This document shows positions 1-9,882 of a stretch of DNA of 64,000 nt, piece after piece (position 1 is the stretch's first letter; each line of letters opens with the position of its first letter). A model generated the notes under the pieces. It was not told the DNA's origin. It saw only the letters and a program-made list of their open reading frames with translations, and ran no database searches. Made by a program: the position numbers and the translations under genes. Source of the stretch: a virus; the IMG/VR virus record IMGVR_UViG_3300037258_001214, positions 1 to 64,000 of that record; one strand, given 5' to 3'.

Positions 1-231
1 TCATGCTGTCTTCCTGGCCAGCTCCCGGAGCACCTTCCCGTACGCCAGGGCCGCCGCGCCCTGCGGTGTCCGCTGGCCCGTCTCCCACATCGCCACCGTC
101 TTGGCCGACACCCCGCACGCCGATCCGATCTCCCGCTGGGTCAGCCGGGCACCGGTCCGGGCCGCGCGGGCCGTCCCGGAGTCCGCGGCTTCGCGTGCTT
201 CGGCGATGATCAGGAGCTCGGACGGCTTCAC
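1..231 (-). CDS. XRE-family helix-turn-helix protein
   Basis: LTQREIGSACGVSAKTVAMWETGQRTP is a typical XRE HTH. Confidence 0.75.
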   Translation of the reverse strand: MKPSELLIIAEAREAADSGTARAARTGARLTQREIGSACGVSAKTVAMWETGQRTPQGAAALAYGKVLRELARKTA

Positions 232-357
232 GGGGCCAGCCTACTGAGCGGCTCCACGGAGGCTCCGCAGGCGCTCCACGGACGTCTTCCACGGGTGTTA
301 TTCTCACTTCCGGGAAGGTAAATTCCCGGCAGATGACACCTCTGAGGAGCGTCCTTC

Positions 358-1410
358 GTGACCGAGCTCGAACCTCTCCCGGCCGCCATGCCGGGGACGC
401 TCGCCGCAGTCCGCCGACGCGACGAGAATCCCTACTGGGTATACCTCGCGCGGTTCTCCGGCGAATCGCTCCGGACCATGCGCGGGTGCCTCGACCGGAT
501 CACCGCGATCCTCATGCATCAGCCGCCGGCCATGGCCGTGCCAGGGTTCGGCCAGCAGATCCGGTGGGAACAGATCCGCTACGCGCACGTCGTCCTGCTC
601 CGGACCGAGTTCACCGAGCACTGGTCATCCCCGAGCCACGTCAACAAGCACATGTCCGCGCTCCGCGGCGTGCTGCGCGAGTGCTGGCGGCTGGACCTGA
701 TGACCGCTGAGGACTACCAGCGGGCACGCGATGTCGAAAACATCAAAGGCAGCCGCGAGCCGGCCGGCCGGAACATTCACACCGACGAGATCGCCGTGCT
801 CCTGGGCGCGTGCGGCGCCGGCGAGAACGAGGCCCTCGGCATCCGTGACGCCGCGATCATCGCCGTGCTCCAGTCGACCGGCATCCGGCGGGCCGAGGCC
901 GCGGCCGCGCGGATCGAGCGGTACGACCATGGCGAGCGGACGCTCAAGGTCATCGGCAAGGGGAACAAGGAACGCACCGCCTACATCCACCAGGCCGCGG
1001 TGTCCTACCTTGACCGCTGGCTCGTCACGGTCGGAGCGCGCCGCGGCCCGCTGTTCCGGGGTGTCGACCGCTGGGGGCACGTCGGCACCGAGCCGCTGAG
1101 CGCCCGCGCGATCGGCTACATCCTGAACGAGCGCCGCGAGCAAGCCGGAGTGCCCCGGCTATCGACCCACGACTTCCGCCGCACCTTCATCGGGGACTTC
1201 CTCGACGCCGGCGGCGACCTGGCCCAGGCTCAGAAGCTCGCGGGCCACGCCTCGGCCACCACGACCGCCGCGTACGACCGGCGCCCGGGCCGCGCGCTGC
1301 GTGCTGCTGTCGACCGGCTGAGCCTGCCCGCGCCGGACCAGCTAACGATCCCGTCAGCGCGCCCTGGCCCGGCACCGGGCAGTGCGGCGGCGAGTAGCAG
1401 ACCGCGCTGA
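358..1410 (+). CDS. Tyrosine recombinase/integrase (XerC/D-like)
   Basis: Catalytic motifs RDAAIIAVLQSTGIRRAE (R), GKGNKER (K), HDFRRTF (HxxR), LAGHASATTTAAYD (H, Y). Confidence 0.93.
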   Translation: MTELEPLPAAMPGTLAAVRRRDENPYWVYLARFSGESLRTMRGCLDRITAILMHQPPAMAVPGFGQQIRWEQIRYAHVVLLRTEFTEHWSSPSHVNKHMSALRGVLRECWRLDLMTAEDYQRARDVENIKGSREPAGRNIHTDEIAVLLGACGAGENEALGIRDAAIIAVLQSTGIRRAEAAAARIERYDHGERTLKVIGKGNKERTAYIHQAAVSYLDRWLVTVGARRGPLFRGVDRWGHVGTEPLSARAIGYILNERREQAGVPRLSTHDFRRTFIGDFLDAGGDLAQAQKLAGHASATTTAAYDRRPGRALRAAVDRLSLPAPDQLTIPSARPGPAPGSAAASSRPR

Positions 1411-1585
1411 CCTTTTCCTGCTCGCAGGTTCCGCAGCGCCAGACGTCGTGACCGTTCCGGCCCGACTCCTGGGCGGGCGGGCACATGCACGGCATCCACG
1501 ACCGCTGGAAGCTACCCGGCGCGAAGTAGTGGCCGCGGGGGCAGTCGGCCGGCCCGAGGTCGGGGATGAAGCCATGCCAGGGCAC
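1187..1585 (-). CDS. Cys/His-rich hypothetical protein; in-frame TTA at 1343-1345 near its apparent end
   Basis: CPRGH..CMC..CGTC..HC pattern in the first ~75 aa; after the TTA the frame runs on as Arg/Pro-rich antisense of the integrase. Confidence 0.45.
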   Translation of the reverse strand: MPWHGFIPDLGPADCPRGHYFAPGSFQRSWMPCMCPPAQESGRNGHDVWRCGTCEQEKVSAVCYSPPHCPVPGQGALTGSLAGPARAGSAGRQQHAARGPGAGRTRRSWWPRRGPRASEPGPGRRRRRGSPR

Positions 1586-1684
1586 GTCGATGGTGGTACC
1601 CGGCGTTCCGAACCTGTAATCGAAGGTCAGACGGTCACCGTGTTGTCGAGGAGAGCGCGCGCGCCGTCGGGCAGCTCGGCGCGG

Positions 1685-2542
1685 TCACGGTTCGGTGACC
1701 TCCGCCCAGTCGTCGACCACGATCACGGTGCGCCGGAACACGCGCCCGAAATCGTCGCGGACGGCCTTTATCCGGTTGGCCACCGGCAAAAAATGCTTGT
1801 CTTCAGATGGCCAGACGTGGAAGCCATTGCTGCTGATCTCCTTCGCATACTCGGTGACGACCACGCTGCTGCCGATGCCGAGCACGGCGGCTTCCAGGAC
1901 GCGGCGGACGAGATCCCGGTCCTGGACGTCGACCTCGGCGAGCACTTCCGAGGCGCGGGTCACCATGTCTTCGGTCACGCGAGGATCAGCCACGGCTACA
2001 GCTCTCCCAGCTGTCTAGCGATGTACGCCTCCTGGTCGTCGGTCAGATGATGTCCGGGACCGCCGATTTCCCACCGCATCCACCCGGTATGCCTGAACCC
2101 GGATCGCTTCATCTGGTGGACCTGCCACGGCCACCACGTGAGCCAGGACCAGATCCGCCAGGCGATGAGGGTCGGCCACGACACCATCCGGGCACCCGGA
2201 TCCGGCTTCGGCCCATACGACTCGTCAGCCACGGCCGGTCTCCTCTCGCTGGCGTTCCTCGGCGGCAGCGGCCAGCGCGCGGATCGCCGGGTTGCTGCTG
2301 AGTGTCCGGCCGAACTGGGCGAGCGCCGAGACGATCGGCGTGATCGCGCTGGCCCAGCCTTCGGCCATCGACTTGATCGACGTGTACACCTGGTCGATGG
2401 TGAGCGTCACCTCGGCAAGCCGGACATGCGTCATCAGCTGGCCGGCTGGGCAGACGGGGAAACCATCCGCGTGGATCGGCGCTTGCGGTTCCCCTTCGTG
2501 GGTGCAGTCGGTGCCGTCTGCGTGGATCACTATCGGGGTCAT
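1685..2542 (-). CDS. Three small tightly packed hypothetical phage genes (1685-1993, 1996-2232, 2225-2542)
   Basis: Abutting or overlapping stop/start codons, phage-like composition. Confidence 0.6.
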
Positions 2543-2547
2543 GCCGT

Positions 2548-2754
2548 CTAGCCTTCCCGGTTGAGTATCGCGCCCAGCTCGTCGCGGAGCGCCTGGCGTA
2601 CTTCCTCGCGGATCATGTCGCGCATCTCGGTTTGGGAGGTGTCGTGCTCGGCGGCGTCCAGGCCGCGGCGGATCAGTTCGGCCGGGGTGAGTCCGGACGC
2701 TTTCACGCGGGCGGCCATGTCGTCGGCGAGGTAGATGCTCGTCTTTTGTCCCAT
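2548..2754 (-). CDS. Ribbon-helix-helix (CopG-like) DNA-binding protein
   Basis: MGQKTSIYLADDMAARVKASGLTPAELIRRGL has the beta-strand-helix-helix pattern. Confidence 0.65.
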   Translation of the reverse strand: MGQKTSIYLADDMAARVKASGLTPAELIRRGLDAAEHDTSQTEMRDMIREEVRQALRDELGAILNREG

Positions 2755-2761
2755 GCCCAAA

Positions 2762-2862
2762 GGGTACCGCGTTGTGACGGTATACCGCAACTTATACCGT
2801 CACCATGTTGTGACCATCCTGGGTACCGTTTTATGGCGGTATACCGTCATTATGCGGTATAG
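2762..2862. promoter_or_regulatory. Divergent promoter region with palindromic operators CGGTATACCG (2778-2787, 2837-2846)
   Basis: AT-rich intergenic DNA with two perfect 10-bp palindromes, each preceded by GGGTACCG, 59 bp apart. Confidence 0.65.
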
Positions 2863-2917
2863 TTCTAGATGTGGGACGGGGAACCGCCCCGCACCACAAC
2901 TCAAGAGAGGGGTCCAG

Positions 2918-3349
2918 ATGAACGACCGCAGCAACCCGGACACGGAACTCCACGCCCGCGTGGTGATCCTGCTCAAGCTGTGGGACGACATCCGGTGGGT
3001 ATTCCGGGCACTACCCAAACCGGAGAAGGTCGGGCCGATGAACCAGCGGTGGGTCGAGCACCCGCCGACCAGGAACATCGTCCCCAGGCTGGTCACCCGG
3101 GCAGCGATGCAACCCATCTCTCCCGAGGAGCGCGTATGGATCATGAACGGACTCAACGCCTGGTCCGACGCGTTCCACCAGCTCGTCGCGATGGCCGCGA
3201 TCCCCGAAGGGGACCGGCCGGAGGAAATGTACCTGGATGCGACACGATCGCTTTTCAGGTGCGCTGACGAGCTGGCCCGGGCCGTCATATCCCTTCGCAG
3301 GGACATGAACCGCAAGCGGCGGAGGCACGGGCTGCGACCGGTCGACTGA
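2918..3349 (+). CDS. Hypothetical protein, opposite to the surrounding arm
   Basis: RBS GAGAGGGG before the ATG at 2918; ends at a hairpin. Confidence 0.6.
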   Translation: MNDRSNPDTELHARVVILLKLWDDIRWVFRALPKPEKVGPMNQRWVEHPPTRNIVPRLVTRAAMQPISPEERVWIMNGLNAWSDAFHQLVAMAAIPEGDRPEEMYLDATRSLFRCADELARAVISLRRDMNRKRRRHGLRPVD

Positions 3350-3355
3350 CCGATA

Positions 3356-3396
3356 GAGGCGCCCCCGGCCGAGGAGTATTCGGCCGGGGGCGCTTC
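3356..3396. terminator. Bidirectional hairpin terminator
   Basis: gaggcgcccccggccga-N7-tcggccgggggcgcttc between convergent genes. Confidence 0.75.
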
Positions 3397-3408
3397 GCAC
3401 GCCGGACC

Positions 3409-3771
3409 CTACTCCGCGACCGGAACCGGCCGGAACCCTGACAGCACGGGCCCGGTTTCGGGGGTTTCCCGCATGGTCGCGATGAACTGCCGGCCGGCCA
3501 GGTCGCCGGCGTCCACGCCGAGCGCCGCGGCCAGGTCGCTGAGCTTGACGACGTGCCGGACATGCTCGTCCTCGCTCAGGACGCGCACGATCGCTACGTC
3601 ACCGGCCTCGGTGCATTCGGCCAGGACCTCGTACCCGGCTGCGCGCATCGCCGCGGCCGCGGCCGGATCGTCCGGGAGCTGGGGCAGCCCGAGCGCGGCG
3701 ATGCGCTGCACACCGGCGATGAACTCGGCGGCCTGGTCTTCGTAGCCGGCATCCGTTTCCCTGTCGCTCAT
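3409..3771 (-). CDS. Hypothetical protein
   Basis: ORF MSDRETDAGY..., directly after the RtcB stop. Confidence 0.55.
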   Translation of the reverse strand: MSDRETDAGYEDQAAEFIAGVQRIAALGLPQLPDDPAAAAAMRAAGYEVLAECTEAGDVAIVRVLSEDEHVRHVVKLSDLAAALGVDAGDLAGRQFIATMRETPETGPVLSGFRPVPVAE

Positions 3772-3776
3772 GCCGC

Positions 3777-4991
3777 TCAGTCTCCCTTGACGTTGACGAT
3801 CTGGCGGAGCGTGTGCTTGATGGTCACCAGGTCGGCGGCGTCGGCCATCACAGTGTCGATCGGCTTGTAAGCGCCGGGGATCTCGTCCAGGAACGCGTCC
3901 GAGCGGCCCCACTCAATGCCCTCCATCGCGGCGTCGAGCTGCTCGCGGGTGAACGTCTTGCGGGCTACGGAGCGGCTGAAGTTGCGGCCAGCGCCGTGGG
4001 GCGAGGAGTTGAGCGAGAGCTTGTTCCCGAGTCCTTCGACCACGTACGAGGCTGTTCCCATCGAACCGGGGATCAGGCCGGGCTTTCCCTTGCTGGCGTC
4101 GATCGCGCCCTTGCGGGACAGCCAGACGTGGCCGCGCCGCCCCTTGTCGCTGCGCTTCCAGTAGGCGGCCAGCTCGCCGGCCATCTGCTCGGTGTAGTTG
4201 TGGTGGCACTGGATGGTGTCCTCGATCCGCACGCTGCCGCCCATGAAGTCCTCAAGGCAGCGGTGGGTGCGGTCGAGCATCTCTTCGCGGTTGTAGCGGG
4301 CGAATTCCTGAGCCCACCGCAGGTCGCGCAGGTAGGCCCAGAATTCCGGCTCGCCTTCGACGAGGTAGGCGAGATCCGGGTCCGGCAGGCTGATCCACCG
4401 GCGCTCGCACTGTTCCTGCGCGATCTTGATGTGCCGGACGGCCAGCTTGTTCCCGACGCCGCGCGATCCGGAGTGCAGGAACAGCCAGACGCGGTCCTGC
4501 TCGTCGAGTGAGATCTCGATGAAGTGGTTGCCGCTGCCGAGCGAGCCGAGTTGGAGCCGCCAGTTCGGGGCGATCTGCTCGGCGCTGTCAATGCCGTCTC
4601 GTAGCTCCAGGGTGGCGATCAGGTCGGCTGGGCCGCGGTGCTCGCGGATCTCGGTGTTGTACTTGCCTGCCGAAAGCGGGACGGCCTGCTCGATCGATTC
4701 CCGCAGCCGAGCGAGCGGTGGCGCGTCAGCGCCGACCAGGTACTCGCGGGTCAGTTCCGTGCGGGCGGCCATCATGCCGCAGCCGATGTCGACGCCTACC
4801 GCGGCGGGCATGATCGCGCCGAGCGTCGGGATGACGCTGCCGACCGTGGCGCCTTTCCCCTGGTGGGCATCGGGCATCAGCGCGAGGTGCGGGAAGATGA
4901 ACGGCATCGACGCGGTGTTCTCGGCTTGCTCGCGGGCTTGCGGTTCCAGGATCGATGCCCAGTTAAAGAACTTCTTGCTTATCTGCTCCAC
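3777..4991 (-). CDS. rtcB: RtcB-family RNA ligase
   Basis: MPDAHQGKG, VGVDIGCG, GSLGSGNHFIE, HSGSRG, HHNY, RKGA, PGSMG, SSPHGAGR motifs. Confidence 0.95.
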   Translation of the reverse strand: MEQISKKFFNWASILEPQAREQAENTASMPFIFPHLALMPDAHQGKGATVGSVIPTLGAIMPAAVGVDIGCGMMAARTELTREYLVGADAPPLARLRESIEQAVPLSAGKYNTEIREHRGPADLIATLELRDGIDSAEQIAPNWRLQLGSLGSGNHFIEISLDEQDRVWLFLHSGSRGVGNKLAVRHIKIAQEQCERRWISLPDPDLAYLVEGEPEFWAYLRDLRWAQEFARYNREEMLDRTHRCLEDFMGGSVRIEDTIQCHHNYTEQMAGELAAYWKRSDKGRRGHVWLSRKGAIDASKGKPGLIPGSMGTASYVVEGLGNKLSLNSSPHGAGRNFSRSVARKTFTREQLDAAMEGIEWGRSDAFLDEIPGAYKPIDTVMADAADLVTIKHTLRQIVNVKGD

Positions 4992-4995
4992 GGTC

Positions 4996-5268
4996 TCAAT
5001 CCTCTCGTGTTGCCGCTGCTGCGGCCGATTCGTTTTCCGGCGCCCGGTCCAGCACTGCCTGAGCCTGCGCTATGCAGTCCAGGCGGATCAGCTCGGCGTG
5101 CGCGCCTCCCCGGCTGATCTGCTGCTCGCGGCGGACGGTGAACTGCTGCGAGTCGCACAGAGCGCTGCCGAAGGCGCCCGGCCCTTCGTGACGGATCTCG
5201 ATTCCGCCCTTGGCCAGGGTGCAGCGGCGGCGGTGACGGGTGCAGGTGACGGTCACGGTCTCAGGCAT
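4996..5268 (-). CDS. Hypothetical protein
   Basis: Fills the gap before rtcB in the operon. Confidence 0.5.
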   Translation of the reverse strand: MPETVTVTCTRHRRRCTLAKGGIEIRHEGPGAFGSALCDSQQFTVRREQQISRGGAHAELIRLDCIAQAQAVLDRAPENESAAAAATRED

Positions 5269-5386
5269 CGCGGCCAGTCCCGGCGCGGCTGATCAGCCCG
5301 GCGATCACGACGCACGTTTTCGGCTCGAAGTTGGCCAGCCACAGCAGGATCCTGTGGTCGTAGCGGCCGATCTCGACCCCTGCGGC
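5261..5386 (-). pseudogene. 5'-truncated gene remnant (AAGVEIGRYDHRILLWLANFEPKTCVVIAGLISRA...)
   Basis: Coding-like frame with no start codon, in frame immediately after the J-domain gene's TGA. Confidence 0.45.
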
Positions 5387-6031
5387 TCAGGCACCGGTGC
5401 TCCTCAGTCCGAGGATCGTCGCGGCGGCGTCGAGGCGTTCCCACAGGTCCGCGCTGCCTTCGGGCATGTCGGGATGCATCTGGCGGCCGAGCAGCCTGTA
5501 CAGGGCCTTCGGGTCACCGGCCGCGTCCGGGCCCGCGCACCGTTTCATCCACGCCAGGGCCTCGCCGGCATCGGTGAACCACCTGCTGGACTGGGCCCGG
5601 GCGGCGGGGAGGGCGGTCCAGCCCTGGTACTGCTCGCCGCGGCGGGTGACGCCGTACCGGTCGACCGCGCGGAGGGCTTCGAGGGCCAGGGCGATCGCGC
5701 GGACGTTGGCCTGCCATCCGGCCAGGGTGCCGGAATACTGCCGGTCGTAGGCGTCCGTCGCGTACCGCAGGGGACCGAACCTGGACGCGAACGACACCGC
5801 GACTCCGGGGAAGCTGACGTGCGCGCGGGCCTTGAGCATCCCGTCGGCACGGATGTCGGACTGCCCGGCATCGACCTGGACGACGATGGGGCCGGTGCCG
5901 TCGAGGTAGTCGAACTCGCGCTGGAGCAGTTCCAGTGTCGCGTCCCATCCGGCGCGGAACAGGTGGCTGCCGCGCCGGTCCGGGGTTACCGGGTCGGTCC
6001 AGGTGTCCAGGGGGCGGATCTGGTAGCGCAT
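5387..6031 (-). CDS. Phage J-domain (DnaJ-like) protein
   Basis: WQANVRAIALALEALRAVDRYGV core and C-terminal YRLLGRQMHPD (HPD motif). Confidence 0.8.
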   Translation of the reverse strand: MRYQIRPLDTWTDPVTPDRRGSHLFRAGWDATLELLQREFDYLDGTGPIVVQVDAGQSDIRADGMLKARAHVSFPGVAVSFASRFGPLRYATDAYDRQYSGTLAGWQANVRAIALALEALRAVDRYGVTRRGEQYQGWTALPAARAQSSRWFTDAGEALAWMKRCAGPDAAGDPKALYRLLGRQMHPDMPEGSADLWERLDAAATILGLRSTGA

Positions 6032-6033
6032 GG

Positions 6034-6474
6034 TTACGTCTCCATCTGCTCTCGTGCCGCCTTCTCGATGTCCTCGGGGAGCCGCCACAGGCCGAGCGCG
6101 CCTCTGCAGGGCACCGGCTCAGCCAGCGGGCGGACGTCGGCCAGCAGCCAGTGGTACTGATCAGCGACGGCCCATGGCGAGCAAAGCGGCCGGGTCGCGC
6201 CGCAGGTGCCGCCGCCGTCCGGGCTCAGGTGGCAGCTGACCAGGGTGGCCACGGCGATGACCGCGCCGAGGTGCATCCGGTGATGCTCGGGCCACGATTC
6301 GCCGGATGGCGGCATGGCGCCCACGTCGGGCTTCTTGCTCGCGTGGATAGCGATCACGGTCCTGAGCGCCCATCCGGGCGGCGCCCATGTGCGGTTCTCA
6401 ACGCGCTTCGGCCCGTAGGCAATCGCAGCGGCCCAGGGCTGCTGAACGGACAAGCCGCGCATCCAGCTCACCAT
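6034..6474 (-). CDS. ASCH-domain protein
   Basis: LSVQQPWAAAIAYGPKRVENRTW and IAIHAS (GxKxxExR). Confidence 0.85.
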   Translation of the reverse strand: MVSWMRGLSVQQPWAAAIAYGPKRVENRTWAPPGWALRTVIAIHASKKPDVGAMPPSGESWPEHHRMHLGAVIAVATLVSCHLSPDGGGTCGATRPLCSPWAVADQYHWLLADVRPLAEPVPCRGALGLWRLPEDIEKAAREQMET

Positions 6475-6680
6475 GGTGACGGCACCACGCTCGTACCGCT
6501 GATCTGCCCGGCGACAGCCAGCAGCGTCCACACGGCCAGGACCGCAACCCAGGTGAGCAGGAACCAGCCGCACCCGTCCAGCCGGGAGCGCTTCACCACC
6601 GCTATCACGGCAGCGGTCAGGTAGGCCGCGACGATGGCCCCGGCGACGGACAGGACGAAGGCGAACAGGGCTGTTTTCAC
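6468..6680 (-). CDS. Small membrane protein
   Basis: Two hydrophobic segments. Confidence 0.55.
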   Translation of the reverse strand: MKTALFAFVLSVAGAIVAAYLTAAVIAVVKRSRLDGCGWFLLTWVAVLAVWTLLAVAGQISGTSVVPSPW

Positions 6681-7001
6681 CGGGGACCGGGCTCCACGTT
6701 CGTGAGCCGGGTGCCCTCCGGCGCGTCGACCCGGATCAGCGTCGAGTACCCGTTCGGACCCTGTTCGATCCCGTTGCCCCACGCGGGGAACGGGACGGAC
6801 TCGTCGGTCTGGGACAGGGAGATGACCCAGCAGCCGGAGCCGTCCGGGTCGTACTCGGCGCGCACCCGCAGCTGCTCGCCGCCGCCGGGGCCTACCAGGT
6901 CGGCCTGCCAGCAGCCTGAGCCGTCGGCGGAGAACTCGTCGGCGCCTTCGCAGCCTTTCGACCTCGATGCAGTCGTCGCTGGCGCCGTAAATGGTGATCA
7001 T
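6677..7001 (-). pseudogene. Conserved phage protein (YGASDD motif) with a +1 frameshift at ~6956-6958
   Basis: Removing one A from GAAAGG joins MITIYGASDDCIEVE to GCEGADEF...RAEYDPDGSGCW; probably a sequencing indel. Confidence 0.65.
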
Positions 7002-7041
7002 GTGCGTCCTTCCTCTCCCGCCGTTGCGGCGGTCAGCTCGG

Positions 7042-8361
7042 TTACAGCGGAAGCAGCCCTCTGCGCTCGGCCACCCGTTCGTATGCCGCCTCGTCAGCCT
7101 GCAGGCGCATCAGCTGGGCAATGGCTACCTGCCGCGCATGGTCCTCATCGGAGCCGAGGACCTGTGCGAGATCACGGACCAGGCCACCGGCCAGCGCGGC
7201 CAGCTGGTCACGCTGACGGGGCCGCAGGTGCTGGGACAACTCGTCGGGGTCGAATATCTCAGCGACGGTGCCGTGCCGGTCGGCGACCTCGACCCTGATC
7301 TGCTTGCCCGCCAGGCTGCGGGGTGGCGCGCCGCCTGGCTTCACTGCCCGGCCCCGGAGGCCAGGGCCGACCGCAGCCGGGCTTCGACGTCCCTGGCCAT
7401 GTCGCCGTCCTTGATGCCGAGCACGTCGCGCAGGCGGCGGGATACGAGCCGGGCGGGCGGCCCGATCTCCACCGAGGGGTGCAGCGACCCGCGCAGCAGG
7501 ATGGCGAGGTCGCGGATCAGGGCATCGGTGCGGAGCGGGGAAACGTGATGCCGCTCGCGCTCAGCCGCCACCGCCGCGTCCCGCCATGCGATCAGGTCGG
7601 CCCGGACGTCCGCCTCGGCTGCCGGGATGAAGTCGTCCTCGGTCATCGTGCCGATCGACCATGCCTCCCAGGCGCGGGTGCAGGCATAGATGCCGTTGCG
7701 GACACCGAGCAGGTCGTCCAGTTCGGCGTCGGAGCCAGTGTCGGTCATCACTCGGTCCTTCCTGCGGGCGTCAGCGTGAACAGCCACGCCGACGACGGGG
7801 CTTCGGCGATCTTCCCGGCATCTCCCACGTTCCGGGTGCCGCACCGGCCGCACACCAGGTGAGCCACACGGCCCGCCGTGAGATCGGCGACGAGGAGATG
7901 TGTCGCCGGGGCGCGGCGGCAGTAGACGCACGTCAGCGCAGGTTCCGGCTGTTCGGCTGCCGCCATGGCGTGGGCCAGGATCACGCGCCACGAGGTCAGG
8001 TCGATGCCGCCGCCGAGCGCGGACTTCTCGGCGCCGTCCTCTTCCCCGCGCCGGTGGCGCATCAGCGCGTACTCGGCCACCATCTGGTGTTCCGCCTGGC
8101 CGTACCCGAACCGCGCGGCGGCGGCCAGGCCTGCGGCCACGTCTACCTTGTCGGCGTTCCAGCCCGGCACCAGGGGCCGGCCGCATGCGTCGCGGGTCAC
8201 CGCGTGCCTCTTTCCCTCTTCGGGCTGTTCCCCGATCCGGGGCACCGGGTACCCCGCCTGCCGTGGCTGCTGAGCCGTCTGCCGCTCACGGCGACCTGGC
8301 GCCCGCAGACGGGGCACTTGCCCTTCGGGTGCCTGGACCGCGCCCGGCCGGAGTCAGTCAC
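7042..8361 (-). CDS. Run of four small hypothetical genes (7042-7344, 7341-7748, 7748-~8200, 8197-~8361)
   Basis: Overlapping stop/start codons; CxxC motifs in the last two. Confidence 0.5.
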
Positions 8362-8365
8362 CCGG

Positions 8366-9094
8366 TCACCGGCCCAGTGCCGCACGGCCGCCGGCCCCGA
8401 CCCGGGTACCGCCGATGTCGGCCCGCTGGCCCTGGGCGTAGCCGGCGCCGTAACCCCGGCCGCTGTAGGTGATGCGGGTCTTCCGGGTCACGGGGTAGGA
8501 CTCCTGGAGCAGCGCGCGGACGACGAACGACCGGTCGGCCAGGACCAGCGCGGTGCTCTTCCCGCTCTCGTCGCGGGGGTCGACGCCGGCCTGGGCGGCC
8601 CGGTCCTCGGCTGCGCGGACCCTGGTGATGACGGCGGTGACGTAGCCGAGCAGGAAGCTGCGCCGCCACGCCCGCACGCTGCGCACGCCGTCCGGGACGA
8701 TCGCGCGGGTCAGCGCGTGGGCCATCTGGAGCAGCAGCGACGTGTAGAGGATGTCGGCGCGCTCGAGGTCAGAGGCGTAGCCGAACACGTGGATGCGGGC
8801 ACCGGGACCGCTGGTGCGGAGAGTGACGCACTGGCAGCGCATAGCGCCGACGATCCCGGCGAGGAGGTGCGCGCGGACCTGTGCCCACGGGTTGTCGATG
8901 TCGATGATCCGGTTGCCGGGCCGGTCGGTCTCGGGACGGGAGGCGGCGAGGCGCGCTCGGTCGATGCCGTACTTGGCCATCAGTTCTGCCGCTTTGGCGG
9001 TCAGCGCTTCGGCTTCGGGCGGTGTAGTGCCCTCGGCTTCGGCCTTGGCCAGCAGCTTGCGCACGCGGTCAAGGGTGGTGTCCTGGTCGGCCAT
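8366..9094 (-). CDS. DUF2786-domain protein
   Basis: LDRVRKLLAKAE...EAEALTAKAAELMAKYGI. Confidence 0.85.
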   Translation of the reverse strand: MADQDTTLDRVRKLLAKAEAEGTTPPEAEALTAKAAELMAKYGIDRARLAASRPETDRPGNRIIDIDNPWAQVRAHLLAGIVGAMRCQCVTLRTSGPGARIHVFGYASDLERADILYTSLLLQMAHALTRAIVPDGVRSVRAWRRSFLLGYVTAVITRVRAAEDRAAQAGVDPRDESGKSTALVLADRSFVVRALLQESYPVTRKTRITYSGRGYGAGYAQGQRADIGGTRVGAGGRAALGR

Positions 9095-9100
9095 CGCTTT

Positions 9101-9793
9101 TCAGTCCTCCCCGTCGTCGGGGCCCGGTGAGGTATCGACCCAGATCCCTAGAGCCGGGATTTCCTCGATCGTGCTGTCGGGGCACTCGTCCGGGCAGCGC
9201 TTGTCATCGCTGGCGGCCAGGCGGTCGGGGGCGGCGCACAGCGACCAGCGGCACCACGCGCCGGGAACGACGTCGTGACTGTTCCACCGGAACTTCGGCT
9301 CGGCGTTGCCGGCGCTGGTGCTGGCGCCCGGCTGGGCGTCACGGTGCATCTGCTCGTGGCGGTCATGGCAGCGGGTCGTCTCGGTACGGCTGGTGAAGTC
9401 GACTGACTGCCAGCCGCAAGTGCAGGTGACATGCTCGGAGCCGTCGAGAGTGATGATCGTGAGCCGGCAACTCTGCTGGTCGGCCATCGCTCAGCCCTCC
9501 CCGTTCATCTTGGCCAGGAACAGCGCCTTTCCGTCCAGCGCCTCGGGGCGCCGCACGGTGACCTCGGGTGCCTCGGCCCAAATGGCCGGGCACATGAGGT
9601 GCGCGTTGCCTGCGTCCCTCGGCAGGTCGGCGAAACGGTGGCGCAGGTGCGCGTGGCCGCAGAAGGTGACCTTCTCGACCTGATCGGCGGGGACCTGGAC
9701 GAGCACGCGGCCGGACGGCCCGGTGATGCCGTGGTTGCGCGCGATCCAGGCTGCGTCGTGGGTGTGGAGGGCGAATGCGGTGGTGGTGGTCAT
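9101..9793 (-). CDS. Two hypothetical proteins (9101-9487, 9491-9793)
   Basis: RBS-linked ORFs downstream of the 9.8-kb operator region. Confidence 0.55.
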
Positions 9794-9818
9794 CGGGTCC
9801 TCCCCTGTCTGCTGCGAG

Positions 9819-9869
9819 CTAGTCACATGACTAGTGTGTCGCAGTCTTGCCCACTAGTCAAGTGACAAG
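9819..9869. promoter_or_regulatory. Paired operators CTAGTCA-N2-TGAC(T/A)AG (9819-9834, 9854-9869)
   Basis: One perfect and one near-perfect palindrome between divergent genes. Confidence 0.7.
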
Positions 9870-9882
9870 TAGCATGGTGACT

